A stretch of 64,000 nucleotides of DNA from an uncultured Actinomycetes bacterium (GTDB lineage Bacteria; Actinomycetota; UBA4738; HRBIN12): assembly GCA_963704885.1 (NCBI GenBank), contig CAVPIB010000001.1, forward strand, positions 160,001 to 224,000. The letters are read 5' to 3'. Shown here in pieces: positions 18,304 through 28,061 of the stretch; within the stretch, counting starts at the first letter, position 1; each line of letters opens with the position of its first letter. Below the pieces are notes generated by a model that worked only from the letters and a program-made list of their open reading frames with translations, did not search any database and was not told the DNA's origin. The position numbers and the translations under genes were made by a program.

Positions 18304-19406
18304 AACATCGCACCGGCGGCGCCGGGCATGGCGGCTCCGCGTTCCATGACCCCCAAGAGCGCCAGGTCGAAGTCGTGAGGGTTCGTGGAGGTGCGTCGCG
18401 CCTCGTCCTCCGTGACCAGCCCTTGCTTGACCAGCTTCACCAGCGCCTGGTCGAACGTCTGCATGCCGTAGTAGTCGCCCTCGGCGATCACCTCGGGGAT
18501 CGAGTCGGTCTCGTCAGGATCGGCGATCCGGTCGAACACGCGGCCGGTGTTGACCAGGACCTCCACCGCAGGCACTCGGCCCTTGCCGTCGGCGCGCGAG
18601 ACGAGCCGTTGCGAGACGATGCCCCGGAGCGATCCTGCGAACGACGTCCGGACCTCGCGCTGCTGTTGCGGCGGGAACAGGTCCAACAGACGGTTGATCG
18701 TCTCCACGCAGTCGATCGTGTGCAAGGTCGAGATGACGAGGTGACCGGTCTCGGCCGCCTGGATCGCTGAGAGGGCCGATTCGGGATCGCGGATCTCTCC
18801 GATGAAGATCACGTCGGGGTCTTGACGGATCACGTGCCGCAGCGCGTTCGCGTAGGAATCGGTGTCGATCCCGATCTCGCGTTGCTGGATGATCGAGAGC
18901 GCGTCGTCGTGGACCACCTCGATGGGGTCTTCCACGGTCACGATGTGCGTGCGACGCGTGGAGTTGATGTGACCGATCATGGACGCGATCGTCGTGGTCT
19001 TGCCGGTCCCGGTCGGTCCCGTGATCAACACTAGACCGCGCGGCGAGTCTGCCAGCGTTCGCATCACCGGCGGCAACCGGAGCTCCTCGAAGGTGGGGAT
19101 CTCCGAGCGAACGCGCCGGATGGCCAGTCCCACCACGCCGCGCTGCCGGAACACGTTCACCCGGAAGCGGCCGACGCCCGCGAGCGTGTAGCCCAGGTCC
19201 GCCTCGCTGTGATCCTCGAATTCCCTCTTCTTGTGCTCCGACATCAGAGCCTGGCCGAACGCCTCGGTATCGGCCGGCGTGAGGGTCGTGTACTGGGTGG
19301 GCTGCAGATCTCCATCGACGCGGACGAAAGGAACGTTGCCGACCTTCAGGTGCAGGTCGCTCGCCCCCCGCTCGACCGTGTGCCGGAGCAGTTCGTTGAT
19401 CTCCAT
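18300..19406 (-). CDS. pilT: type IV pilus retraction ATPase PilT/PilU
   Basis: ASDLHL, GRFRVN, GPTGTGKTT, VEDPIE, RQDPDVIFIGEIRD, AAETGHLVISTLH, GMQTFDQ. Confidence 0.92.
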   Translation of the reverse strand: MEINELLRHTVERGASDLHLKVGNVPFVRVDGDLQPTQYTTLTPADTEAFGQALMSEHKKREFEDHSEADLGYTLAGVGRFRVNVFRQRGVVGLAIRRVRSEIPTFEELRLPPVMRTLADSPRGLVLITGPTGTGKTTTIASMIGHINSTRRTHIVTVEDPIEVVHDDALSIIQQREIGIDTDSYANALRHVIRQDPDVIFIGEIRDPESALSAIQAAETGHLVISTLHTIDCVETINRLLDLFPPQQQREVRTSFAGSLRGIVSQRLVSRADGKGRVPAVEVLVNTGRVFDRIADPDETDSIPEVIAEGDYYGMQTFDQALVKLVKQGLVTEDEARRTSTNPHDFDLALLGVMERGAAMPGAAGAMF

Positions 19407-19556
19407 CGGTTCGACTCCCATCACGCCGCGCAGGTGAATGCCGCGGCTCGTCCCGCCTACGGGAGAACCATCGGCACGTTCCTGCGCCGACCGAAGCCTT
19501 AGTTGGGAACCACCCGCGACCAGGCTGGCCGCGCCCGTACGCCTAGAATCGCCGCG

Positions 19557-20057
19557 ATGACCAGCACTCCGAGGGGCGGCAAGCGAGGCGGGTCCACGAA
19601 GGGTGGAGACGCTCCCAGGCGTAGGAAACGCCCGGAGACGCGCACCGAGGTCTCAGCGGGAGGCGTCGTCTACCGTCGAGAGGATGATGCCGTCGAGGTG
19701 GTGCTGGCTGCCCGTCGCACGCGACGAGGGGACCTGGCCTGGGGTCTTGCGAAAGGTGGCATCGAACCCGACGAGTCCAGGGAACAGGCCGCCGTGCGCG
19801 AGGTGCGCGAGGAGACCGGCATCGAGGCCCGGATCGAGGAGTCCCTAGGGGAGACGCGGTACTTCTATGTCTGGGAGGGCGTCCGGGTCCGCAAGACCGT
19901 CCACTTCTTCCTGATGCGCGCGACCGGGGGCGATCCCAGCGACCGCGACGACGAGATGGAGGACGTCCGTTGGTTCCCGTTGGATCGGGCACTCAAGCGC
20001 GCCGCCTATCGCGGTGAGCGCGAAGTCCTGACGCGCGCGGCCGAACATCTCCGATGA
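19557..20057 (+). CDS. NUDIX hydrolase
   Basis: Nudix box KGGIEPDESREQAAVREVREETG; conserved position before DUF6049/murJ. Confidence 0.92.
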   Translation: MTSTPRGGKRGGSTKGGDAPRRRKRPETRTEVSAGGVVYRREDDAVEVVLAARRTRRGDLAWGLAKGGIEPDESREQAAVREVREETGIEARIEESLGETRYFYVWEGVRVRKTVHFFLMRATGGDPSDRDDEMEDVRWFPLDRALKRAAYRGEREVLTRAAEHLR

Positions 20058-22078
20058 ATCGACGCTGGGCAGCGGGCGGCCTGACGATCGCACTCTCGCT
20101 CCTGTCGAGCGTCTCGGCAGTTCAGACGGTCCGTGCCCAGGAGGCCTCGAACGTCTCCCTGACGCTCGTGTCCCAAACTCCCTGGGGAACGCTCGAAGAT
20201 CCCGTGATCGAGATCGCCGTCAGAGCCCGCAACGGCAGCGGGGTTTCGCTGGGCGATCTTTCGACCGGGATCACCATCGGCGGCGCCGTTCGTTCCCGCA
20301 GCGTCTACGAGGAAACGCTCACCGGTGGGCCGGGGCTGGCGATCGATGCCACGACCATCTCGCAAGAGGGAACGCTCGATGCCGGCGGCGAACGTCGGTT
20401 CCGGCTTGAGGTCGACCTGTCCGCGGTCGGCGACATCAGCCAGACCGACTCGCTCGTCTATCCGCTCCGGGTGGACCTGAGGAGCGCCGGGACACCGGTT
20501 GCCCTGATCGACGTGCCGATCATCTTCCTGGTCCGCGAACCCGAAGTCCCGCTCCTGCTCTCCACGACGGTCGAGCTGTCCGCGCCCATCGCGTTCGGCC
20601 CCGACGGATCGCTGGCGGATCCGGGGTTCGAGGAAGCCGTAAGGCCCGGCGGCACGCTCGGGGCCCAGGTCGCCGCGCTCCACCGGATGGTCACCGAGGT
20701 GACTCAACCGATCACCCTGGTCATACAGCCATCCCTCCTGGATCAGCTCGAGCGCCTGTCTGACGGATACGAACGCGCAGACGGAACGCAGGTGTCCGCG
20801 GGATCGGGCGCGGCGGCGGAAGCAGAGACGCTCCTGCGATCCCTCCGCGAGACGGTGGCGGTCTCCGTCGTCCAGGTGGTCGCGCTGCCCTTCTCGGGGC
20901 CGACGGTTCCCTCCCTCCTGTCGAGCGGCCTCACGAGTGACCTGGCTGCCCAGCAAGCCCGGGGGATCGAGACGGTTCGAGCGGTGCTCGGCGTTGACCC
21001 GGCATCCACAGTGGCAAGGCCGGCGCTCGGTGCGCTCGATGACGGATCAGTCGCCGCGCTCGCCGCCCTGGGAGCCACCACGATCCTCGGCGACGCAGGC
21101 ACGGTCGAACGGCCCCCTCAGCCGAACGGATTCGCGCCCCCACCTACGGAATCGCTCGCCGTGGGCGGTCAGACGGTCGCCCTGGTGCTCCCCGATCCTG
21201 GCGTGCAGACACTCCTGTCGACCACGGGCTTCCTCGACGATCCGGTTCGTGCGGCGCAGGCGAGCCTGGGCGAACTAGCCGTCATCTGGCGCGAACAGCC
21301 GGTTCCTTCCTCGCCACGAGGTGTGGCCATCTCGCTCCCGAGCGGCCTCCCCGCGAGGTTCTGGGGCGCGTTCCTGGGGCGCTTGGCCGTGGCGCCCTTC
21401 CTCCGCTCCTCAGACGCCGAGGATCTCGTGACGCAGATCCCGCCGGCCGTCGCGCCCATCTCTCTCGCGGCGCCCTCGACCGCCAGGTTCACGCCCGCGT
21501 ACGCCGATGCCATCAAGCGCGAGCGCCGCGACCTCCTGGCGTTCCGTTCGATGCTCGTCGGGGAAAGCTCCCTCCCCGACCGGCTAGCGCGCAACCTGCT
21601 CTTCGCGGAGTCCGCCCAGTACCTGGACAACGAACTCGCCGGGCGAGCATGGATCGACCAGGTGAATCGCGTCACCGAAGGCATCTTCGCGCGGGCCGTC
21701 CCAGACACGAGTCAGGTATTCACGTTCACGTCCGAAACCGGGACGATCCCGCTCCTGATGGGTCAGCCCGCCTCCGTTCCCCTCCGGTTCACGCTCCAAC
21801 TCCGCTCCAACCGCTTCCGGTTCCCAGGCGGGGACCAACAGAGCGTGACGCTGACCGAGCCTGACCAGATCGTCACGTTCGACGCCACGGCCCTCGCGAC
21901 CGGGCAAGGGAAGATCCAGGTGATCGTGCGCGCCCCCTCGGGACGGCCGATCGGACAAACGCAGATGACGGTCCGCTCCACGTCGGTGAACCGCATCGCG
22001 GTCGCCGTCACCGTGCTGGCGGCGCTCATCCTTGTTGGCCTGTGGTCGAGGAGGTTGTTCCGACGTCCAACGGCCTAG
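20054..22078 (+). CDS. DUF6049-like secreted, C-terminally anchored protein
   Basis: Signal peptide, C-terminal TM plus RR; conserved actinobacterial position between NUDIX and murJ. Confidence 0.75.
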   Translation: MNRRWAAGGLTIALSLLSSVSAVQTVRAQEASNVSLTLVSQTPWGTLEDPVIEIAVRARNGSGVSLGDLSTGITIGGAVRSRSVYEETLTGGPGLAIDATTISQEGTLDAGGERRFRLEVDLSAVGDISQTDSLVYPLRVDLRSAGTPVALIDVPIIFLVREPEVPLLLSTTVELSAPIAFGPDGSLADPGFEEAVRPGGTLGAQVAALHRMVTEVTQPITLVIQPSLLDQLERLSDGYERADGTQVSAGSGAAAEAETLLRSLRETVAVSVVQVVALPFSGPTVPSLLSSGLTSDLAAQQARGIETVRAVLGVDPASTVARPALGALDDGSVAALAALGATTILGDAGTVERPPQPNGFAPPPTESLAVGGQTVALVLPDPGVQTLLSTTGFLDDPVRAAQASLGELAVIWREQPVPSSPRGVAISLPSGLPARFWGAFLGRLAVAPFLRSSDAEDLVTQIPPAVAPISLAAPSTARFTPAYADAIKRERRDLLAFRSMLVGESSLPDRLARNLLFAESAQYLDNELAGRAWIDQVNRVTEGIFARAVPDTSQVFTFTSETGTIPLLMGQPASVPLRFTLQLRSNRFRFPGGDQQSVTLTEPDQIVTFDATALATGQGKIQVIVRAPSGRPIGQTQMTVRSTSVNRIAVAVTVLAALILVGLWSRRLFRRPTA

Positions 22079-23727
22079 ACCCCGACCCGATCGACCTGCC
22101 GCCCGAGGATTCTCGCGGCGCTTTCGTTCGGAACACGGCCGTCATGTCTTTGGGCACCACGCTCTCCCGCCTGACCGGGTTCCTACGCTTGTCGGTCCAG
22201 ACGGCCGCACTGGGCGTCACCGTCAGCGCTCTCGGCAACACTTACACGACCGCGAACACAACGCCGAACATCGTCTACGAGTTGGTGCTGGGTGGGATCC
22301 TCACATCGGTCTTCGTTCCGGTGTTCGTGGAGTGGCTGCAGAAGCACGGCCGCGACGAGGCCTGGCTGTTGGCCGACCGCGTGCTCACCATCGCGCTCGT
22401 CGTGCTCGGGACCGTCGCGCTCCTGGGTGCCGTCTTCGCGCCTCAGATCATCCGGCTCTACCTCGTCGCCTCCGACGCGCCCGACAAGGAGCAGCAGGTG
22501 GCGCTGGGGGCGTACTTCTTGCGGTGGTTCATGCCGCAGATCGTCTTCTACGGGATCGGCGCGGTTGCCACCGGCCTGTTGAACGCCGAACGCCGGTTCG
22601 CTGCGCCCATGTTCGCGCCCATCCTCAACAACTTGGTCGTCATCGCTTCGTTCAGCATCTACGCCGTTCTACTGGGTAGCGGCGTGCCGTCCGTTGACGA
22701 CATCACGTTCGCGGAGAAGACCGTTCTCGCGGCGGGGACCACGCTCGGAGTGATCGCCATGACACTCGCCCTGTGGCCCTCGTTGCGTCGCTTGGGTTTC
22801 CGGTGGCGCCTGCGGTTCGACTGGAACCACCCGGGCGTGCGTCGGCTGGGGAAGCTGGCCCTTTGGGTCGTCGTCTACGTGGTGGCGAACCAGGTCGCCT
22901 ACGTGATCATCATCGTCCTGAGTGGACGGTTCCCACCTGGCGGTTACCAGATCTACGCGAGCGCGTTCATCCTGTTCCAGCTCCCGTACGCCATCTTCGC
23001 CGTCTCGATCTTCACCGCTCTGTTGCCGGCGATGTCGAGCCGGTGGGCGGACGACGATCCCACAGGGGTACGAACCCTCTTCTCCCGTGGCTTCCGGGAC
23101 ACGACCGTCATCATCGTCCCCGCGGCGCTCGGCTATCTGGTACTCGCTCTCCCGATCGTCAAGTTGCTACTTCAATACGGGAACGCGGGTCCCGCCGACT
23201 CGGAGGTGATCGCTCGAACGCTCCAGGCTTTCGCCGTCGGGTTGCCGTTCTTCGCCGCGTTCCAACTCTGCACCCGAACCTTCTACGCCATGCAGGACGC
23301 GCGAACACCGGCGCTCGTGAACGTCGCGGCGGCGGTCGTGAATATCGTCGCCGACCTGGCGTTCGTGTTCTGGTTCGGATGGGACGTGCCCGGGCTCGCG
23401 CTCGGCCACGCCACCTCTTACGCGTTCGCGACCGCCGCGTGCCTGATCCTCCTGCGAGGCCGCATAGGCGGCATCGACGGGAGGCGCGTCGTCCGCACGG
23501 TGGTGAGGGTGATCCCGGCCTCCGCGGCCGCGGCGGTGGCCGCGTTCCTAGCCTCCGAAGGGGTGCAGGCGCTACTAGGCTCCGATACGGGAACCCCCGG
23601 GCGGTTCGCTCAGGTGGCGGCGGCGATCGTGGCCGGGTTGCTTGCGTTCGTGGCCTCGGCGCTTATCTTGCGCATCGAGGAGGTCGATGACGTCAAGGAC
23701 GCGGTCCTCAGGAGGTTCCGCGGATGA
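22042..23727 (+). CDS. murJ: lipid II flippase MurJ
   Basis: SRLTGFLR, ANTTPNIVYELVLGG, FMPQIVFYG, APILNN, RTFYAMQD. Confidence 0.95.
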   Translation: MVEEVVPTSNGLDPDPIDLPPEDSRGAFVRNTAVMSLGTTLSRLTGFLRLSVQTAALGVTVSALGNTYTTANTTPNIVYELVLGGILTSVFVPVFVEWLQKHGRDEAWLLADRVLTIALVVLGTVALLGAVFAPQIIRLYLVASDAPDKEQQVALGAYFLRWFMPQIVFYGIGAVATGLLNAERRFAAPMFAPILNNLVVIASFSIYAVLLGSGVPSVDDITFAEKTVLAAGTTLGVIAMTLALWPSLRRLGFRWRLRFDWNHPGVRRLGKLALWVVVYVVANQVAYVIIIVLSGRFPPGGYQIYASAFILFQLPYAIFAVSIFTALLPAMSSRWADDDPTGVRTLFSRGFRDTTVIIVPAALGYLVLALPIVKLLLQYGNAGPADSEVIARTLQAFAVGLPFFAAFQLCTRTFYAMQDARTPALVNVAAAVVNIVADLAFVFWFGWDVPGLALGHATSYAFATAACLILLRGRIGGIDGRRVVRTVVRVIPASAAAAVAAFLASEGVQALLGSDTGTPGRFAQVAAAIVAGLLAFVASALILRIEEVDDVKDAVLRRFRG

Positions 23728-24137
23728 CGAGCATGAAGAACCGGTTCCAGCAGGAAGCGGGCGCCGTCGGCTGGCTGATCGTCATGTGGCTGACGTTCGT
23801 CGTCCTTGTCGGCATGGTCTTGATGGACGCCGGCTCGATAGCGTTCACCAAGTTCCGGCTGGCGGACGTGGCGAGCAGCGCCGCGACCCAGGGGGCCAAC
23901 GCCTACCGGTCGAGTCACGATCCGGCCGGAGCTTGCCAGGCGGCCTCAGACCAGATCGCGACCGAGGATCCCGCCGCCAAACTCGCCATCGCGGGCTGCT
24001 CGGTCGACGTGCGGACCGGGGTCGTGACGATCAAGGTCCGCAAACAAGCCAGCACGATCCTGGCCGGCCGGTTCGGCTTCACCAAGCACTACACGAAGGT
24101 CACCGCAACCGAGTCCAACGGCCCGAGCACGCTGTAG
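23724..24137 (+). CDS. TadE/TadG-like pseudopilin (pilus assembly) protein
   Basis: EAG|A prepilin-like N-terminus, one TM, DVASSAATQGA, two Cys. Confidence 0.6.
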   Translation: MTSMKNRFQQEAGAVGWLIVMWLTFVVLVGMVLMDAGSIAFTKFRLADVASSAATQGANAYRSSHDPAGACQAASDQIATEDPAAKLAIAGCSVDVRTGVVTIKVRKQASTILAGRFGFTKHYTKVTATESNGPSTL

Positions 24138-24147
24138 CGTTCCAAGC

Positions 24148-24753
24148 GTGACGGATCCCGAGAGCGACGAAGACCTCGTCCATCGGTACCTGCAGGGCGA
24201 CGCCCAAGCGTTCACAGAGTTGGTGACGCGACACGAGTCCCGGGTGTACAACGTTGCGCTGCGCGTGCTGGGCGATCCCGACGACGCGCGCGACGCCGCG
24301 CAGGACACGTTCTTGACGGTCGTCAGGAAGCTCTCACAGTTCCGCGGGGACGCGGCGTTCACGACGTGGCTCCACCGCGTCACCGTGAACGCCTGCTACG
24401 ACATCTTGCGGAAGCGCCGCCGCCAGCCGATGCTCCGGCTGGCTCCAGAGGGTGACGAGCCCGTGCCCGAACTCGGACCGCCCGTCGCGGACCACGCAGA
24501 TGCCGCCGTCGGATCGATCGACGTGGCGCGCGCGCTCCAGTTGATCCCAGAGGAGTACCGGGTGGTCCTGGTGCTGGCGGACGTGCAGGACCTGCCGTAC
24601 GAGGAGATCTCGCGGGTGCTGGACGTGCCGATAGGCACCGTCAAGTCGCGGGTCCATCGGGGCCGCATCGCGCTCGGACGGGCTCTAGGGCTGCCCGAAG
24701 AGCCTCCTCGGGAACCCGCCCCCGCCCCCCGGCCGTCGGAGAGAGAGTCATGA
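24148..24753 (+). CDS. sigM: ECF RNA polymerase sigma factor (SigM-like)
   Basis: FRGDAAFTTWLHRV, GTVKSRVHRGR; conserved locus upstream of trxB. Confidence 0.85.
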   Translation: MTDPESDEDLVHRYLQGDAQAFTELVTRHESRVYNVALRVLGDPDDARDAAQDTFLTVVRKLSQFRGDAAFTTWLHRVTVNACYDILRKRRRQPMLRLAPEGDEPVPELGPPVADHADAAVGSIDVARALQLIPEEYRVVLVLADVQDLPYEEISRVLDVPIGTVKSRVHRGRIALGRALGLPEEPPREPAPAPRPSERES

Positions 24754-25499
24754 CGCACCCCGAGGAGCACCTCGCCGGATACGTCGATGCAAGCCTGTCA
24801 CCGGATGAGCGGAGGGCCGTCGACGCGCATCTCGCCGATTGCGAGAGATGCCGCCGAGAGGTCGCGGTCGCCGCGGGTGCGAGGGCGGCGCTCGGATCGC
24901 TGGCCGAGGTCCCGGCGCCCTCGGACGTCGCGACGACCGCGCTCCGCGAAGCGGGAGCGGCCAAGCAGACCCGGCCGGCCGACGGCACCCCCGCTTGGTA
25001 CCGCATCGCCGGAGTGGCCGCGGCCGTCGCGGCAGGACTCCTGGTCGTGTCGCTCGTTCTGCCGCGGGTGGGCGACAGCTCGAACGACGCGGCACAGCGT
25101 GAGAGCGGCGGGGCGGGAGGCGAGGACGCCGGGGTGATCGCCGAGGCCGCGGGCTTCCTCGAGATCCAGGACGTGGACTACGACGATGCCTCCCTGTCGT
25201 CGTTCGCTTCCTCGTTCAAGTCGGCCGACGGTGCAGACGGCGCCGCCTCCGCCCCAGAGTCACTGCGACTCGGAACCCCACAGCAGACCCAGAAGGCGTT
25301 GCGCTGCATCGCGAAGTCGGCCCCAGATGAGACCGGAGAGCTGACCCGGCTGATCAAGGCGCGGTTCCAAGGCACCCCGGCCTATCTGGCGGTCTTCCTG
25401 GATGGACCCGGGGCGGGTCAACCGCCCGACGCCGTCTCGATCTGGGTCCTGGCGACCGACGGCTGCGCGATCCTCTCGTACTCCAACGCTCGGCTGTAG
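24750..25499 (+). CDS. zinc-finger (ZAS, HxxxCxxC) anti-sigma factor
   Basis: HLADCERC, single TM, coupled to the sigma gene. Confidence 0.88.
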   Translation: MTHPEEHLAGYVDASLSPDERRAVDAHLADCERCRREVAVAAGARAALGSLAEVPAPSDVATTALREAGAAKQTRPADGTPAWYRIAGVAAAVAAGLLVVSLVLPRVGDSSNDAAQRESGGAGGEDAGVIAEAAGFLEIQDVDYDDASLSSFASSFKSADGADGAASAPESLRLGTPQQTQKALRCIAKSAPDETGELTRLIKARFQGTPAYLAVFLDGPGAGQPPDAVSIWVLATDGCAILSYSNARL

Positions 25500-25552
25500 C
25501 CCCGCGCCGGGAATAGGAGGCCGTTCTTGCCTATGGGAGGATTGGACGCGTC

Positions 25553-26485
25553 ATGACCGAGACCCGCAACGTGATCGTGATCGGATCGGGCCCGGCGGGC
25601 TTCACGGCCGCGCTCTACGCCGCTCGCGCGAACCTGGCGCCGCTCGTCCTGAAAGGGCTCGAGGCCGGTGGACAGCTCATGCTCACCACCGACGTCGAGA
25701 ACTACCCGGGCTTCGCCGATGGCATCTTGGGACCCGAGCTCATGGAGCAGATGGAGAAGCAGGCCGAGCGCTTCGGCGCCCAGATCCTGCCCGTCCACGT
25801 GACACGGGTCGACCTGTCCGGCCGTCCGTTCGGCGTTTGGTCCGGAGATCAGGAGTGGCGCGCGGAGACCTTGATCGTGTCGACGGGTGCGAGCGCCAAG
25901 TGGCTGGACGTCCCCGGCGAAGAAAGGCTCCGCGGGCGCGGCGTGAGCGCCTGCGCCACATGCGACGGATTCTTCTTCCGCGATCGCGAGCTGATCGTCG
26001 TCGGCGGCGGTGACACCGCCATGGAGGAGGCAACGTTCCTCACGAAGTTCGCCAGCAAGGTCACCATCGTGCACCGCCGCGACGAGTTCCGCGCGTCACC
26101 GATCATGGTGGATCGGGCGTTGGCGAACCCGAAGATCGAGGTGGTCTGGGACACGGTCGTCGAGGAGATCATCGGAGACGACGCCGTTACGGGCGTTCGG
26201 CTGCGCAACGTGAGGACGGACCATGAGCGCCAGATGAAGACGGACGGCGTCTTCATGGCGATCGGTCACACGCCGAACACGGCGCTCTTCGAGGGGCAGC
26301 TCGAGCTTCAGGGCGGCTACGCCGTGGTGCAGGAGCCCCGTACCCTAACCAGTGTCGAAGGGGTTTTCGCAGCCGGCGACGTCACCGACACCATCTATCG
26401 TCAGGCGGTGACGGCCGCCGGCCAGGGCTGCAAGGCGGCGATCGACGCCGAGCGGTTCCTGGAGGAAGAGGCACACGCGTCCTGA
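25553..26485 (+). CDS. trxB: thioredoxin-disulfide reductase
   Basis: GSGPAG, CATCDG, GGGDTA, HRRD, FAAGDV. Confidence 0.97.
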   Translation: MTETRNVIVIGSGPAGFTAALYAARANLAPLVLKGLEAGGQLMLTTDVENYPGFADGILGPELMEQMEKQAERFGAQILPVHVTRVDLSGRPFGVWSGDQEWRAETLIVSTGASAKWLDVPGEERLRGRGVSACATCDGFFFRDRELIVVGGGDTAMEEATFLTKFASKVTIVHRRDEFRASPIMVDRALANPKIEVVWDTVVEEIIGDDAVTGVRLRNVRTDHERQMKTDGVFMAIGHTPNTALFEGQLELQGGYAVVQEPRTLTSVEGVFAAGDVTDTIYRQAVTAAGQGCKAAIDAERFLEEEAHAS

Positions 26486-26542
26486 GCCGGGAATCCCCCA
26501 GCGGTGAGAAGCGTTCGAGGAACCACCGAGAAGGAGACAGAG

Positions 26543-26872
26543 ATGGCCAACATCGGCAACGTGAACGACACCGACTTCCAGTCCAACGTCTTAGATTCCG
26601 AGACCCCCGTCCTGGTGGACTTCTGGGCAGAGTGGTGCGTCCCGTGCCACATGGTCTCCCCCGTTGTGGAGGAGATCGCCCAGGAGAAGGGCGAGACGCT
26701 CAAGGTCGCCAAGCTCAATATCGACGACAACCCCGACGCAACGCGGACCTACGGCGTGATGAGCATCCCCTCGCTGATCCTGTTCAAGGGCGGCAAGGAG
26801 GTCGCGCGAGTGGTAGGCGCCAAGCCGAAAGACGCGATCTTGCGCGACGTCGAGCCCCACCTGGTCGGCTGA
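26543..26872 (+). CDS. trxA: thioredoxin
   Basis: DFWAEWCVPC, SIP; AAGGAG SD. Confidence 0.95.
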   Translation: MANIGNVNDTDFQSNVLDSETPVLVDFWAEWCVPCHMVSPVVEEIAQEKGETLKVAKLNIDDNPDATRTYGVMSIPSLILFKGGKEVARVVGAKPKDAILRDVEPHLVG

Positions 26873-26935
26873 GCCCAACCCGCTCGAGCGGCGGCGCGGT
26901 TGCCGCCTTCGATGGCGCAGCACAGACTGGTCGGC

Positions 26936-27916
26936 GTGCGAATCTACCGCCTCGGCGACCGGGGTCCCGAGATCCGCGACATCCAACAGCGCCTGGTGGC
27001 GTTCGGTGGACGCGTGGATCAACCCGAACTCGACGGCACGTTCGGACCCTCAACGGAGGCTGCCGTCCGAGCCTTCCAGGCCGAACGCAGCCTTAAGGTC
27101 GACGGGCTGGTGGGTCTGGACACCTGGGGTCAGCTCGTCGAGGCTGGCTACCGGTTGGGTGATCGGACCCTCTACCTGCGTTCTCCGCAGCACCGCGGCG
27201 ACGATGTGCGGGCCCTTCAGCGCAAGCTGAACATCTTGGGCTTCGACGCCGGCAAGGAAGACGGCCTCTTCGGTCCGCGCACCGACCGAGCTCTCCGCGA
27301 GTTCCAGCAGAACGTGGGAGAGGAGCCCGACGGGATCGCCGGGATCGAAGCGCTCGCCACGCTCGAACGCATGCGTCCCTCAGGATCGGGCCCCGGCCGC
27401 GCGATGGTCAGGGAGGAAGAATCCGTTCGGACGATGCGCTCCTCGATCGAGGGGCAGATCGTGGCGATCGATCCCGAGGGGCGGTCGGATGAGGCCCGGC
27501 TGGCTAGCTACGCTGTTGCTTCTGCGCTCGCCGACAGGCTGGTGGCGATGGGAGCCAAGCCGGCGCTCCTTCGCGGTCCCGACGACGATCCGTCCGTATC
27601 GGACCGGGCTCGCTCCGCGAACGAGATGGGTGCTTCGGTATGCGTTTCGCTACAGATACCGATCGCTGGCGCCGAGACGGCGTCGACCTGCATCTACTTC
27701 GGGAACACGACCACCTACTCGCCTGCCGGTAAGCGCCTCGCCGAGCTCGCGGCCGAGGAGTTGGAGCGGGTGCTCGCATGTCCCATCGGCGTAGAACGGC
27801 TCACCGGCGCCATCCTGCGTGAGACTCGCATGCCCGCGGTACAGATCGACACGTCGCAGGCCGACCGGATCGGCCCGGCGATCGCCGCCGCCCTGAGCCG
27901 CTTCTTCGCAGGATAA
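26936..27916 (+). CDS. CwlM-like protein: two PG-binding domains plus degenerate amidase_3
   Basis: DG.FGP.T repeats, LGDRTLY, ILRETRMPAVQI; start approximate (26900-26936). Confidence 0.8.
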   Translation: MRIYRLGDRGPEIRDIQQRLVAFGGRVDQPELDGTFGPSTEAAVRAFQAERSLKVDGLVGLDTWGQLVEAGYRLGDRTLYLRSPQHRGDDVRALQRKLNILGFDAGKEDGLFGPRTDRALREFQQNVGEEPDGIAGIEALATLERMRPSGSGPGRAMVREEESVRTMRSSIEGQIVAIDPEGRSDEARLASYAVASALADRLVAMGAKPALLRGPDDDPSVSDRARSANEMGASVCVSLQIPIAGAETASTCIYFGNTTTYSPAGKRLAELAAEELERVLACPIGVERLTGAILRETRMPAVQIDTSQADRIGPAIAAALSRFFAG

Positions 27917-28061
27917 CCGCTGGTCAGGGCCGTTTCCGGAGGCGGCCGGCAAGGGTCAGCACCAGTCCGAGGATCGCGCCCATCGCGACGGCTCTGATCG
28001 CCCGTTCCTGTTCGCTGGGCGGTATGGGTTCGGCTGACACGGTCCGACTATGCTACGCGCC

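Noticed and set aside
26633-26648. Thioredoxin WCVPC instead of WCGPC
   Set aside because: Ordinary variation; both Cys are intact
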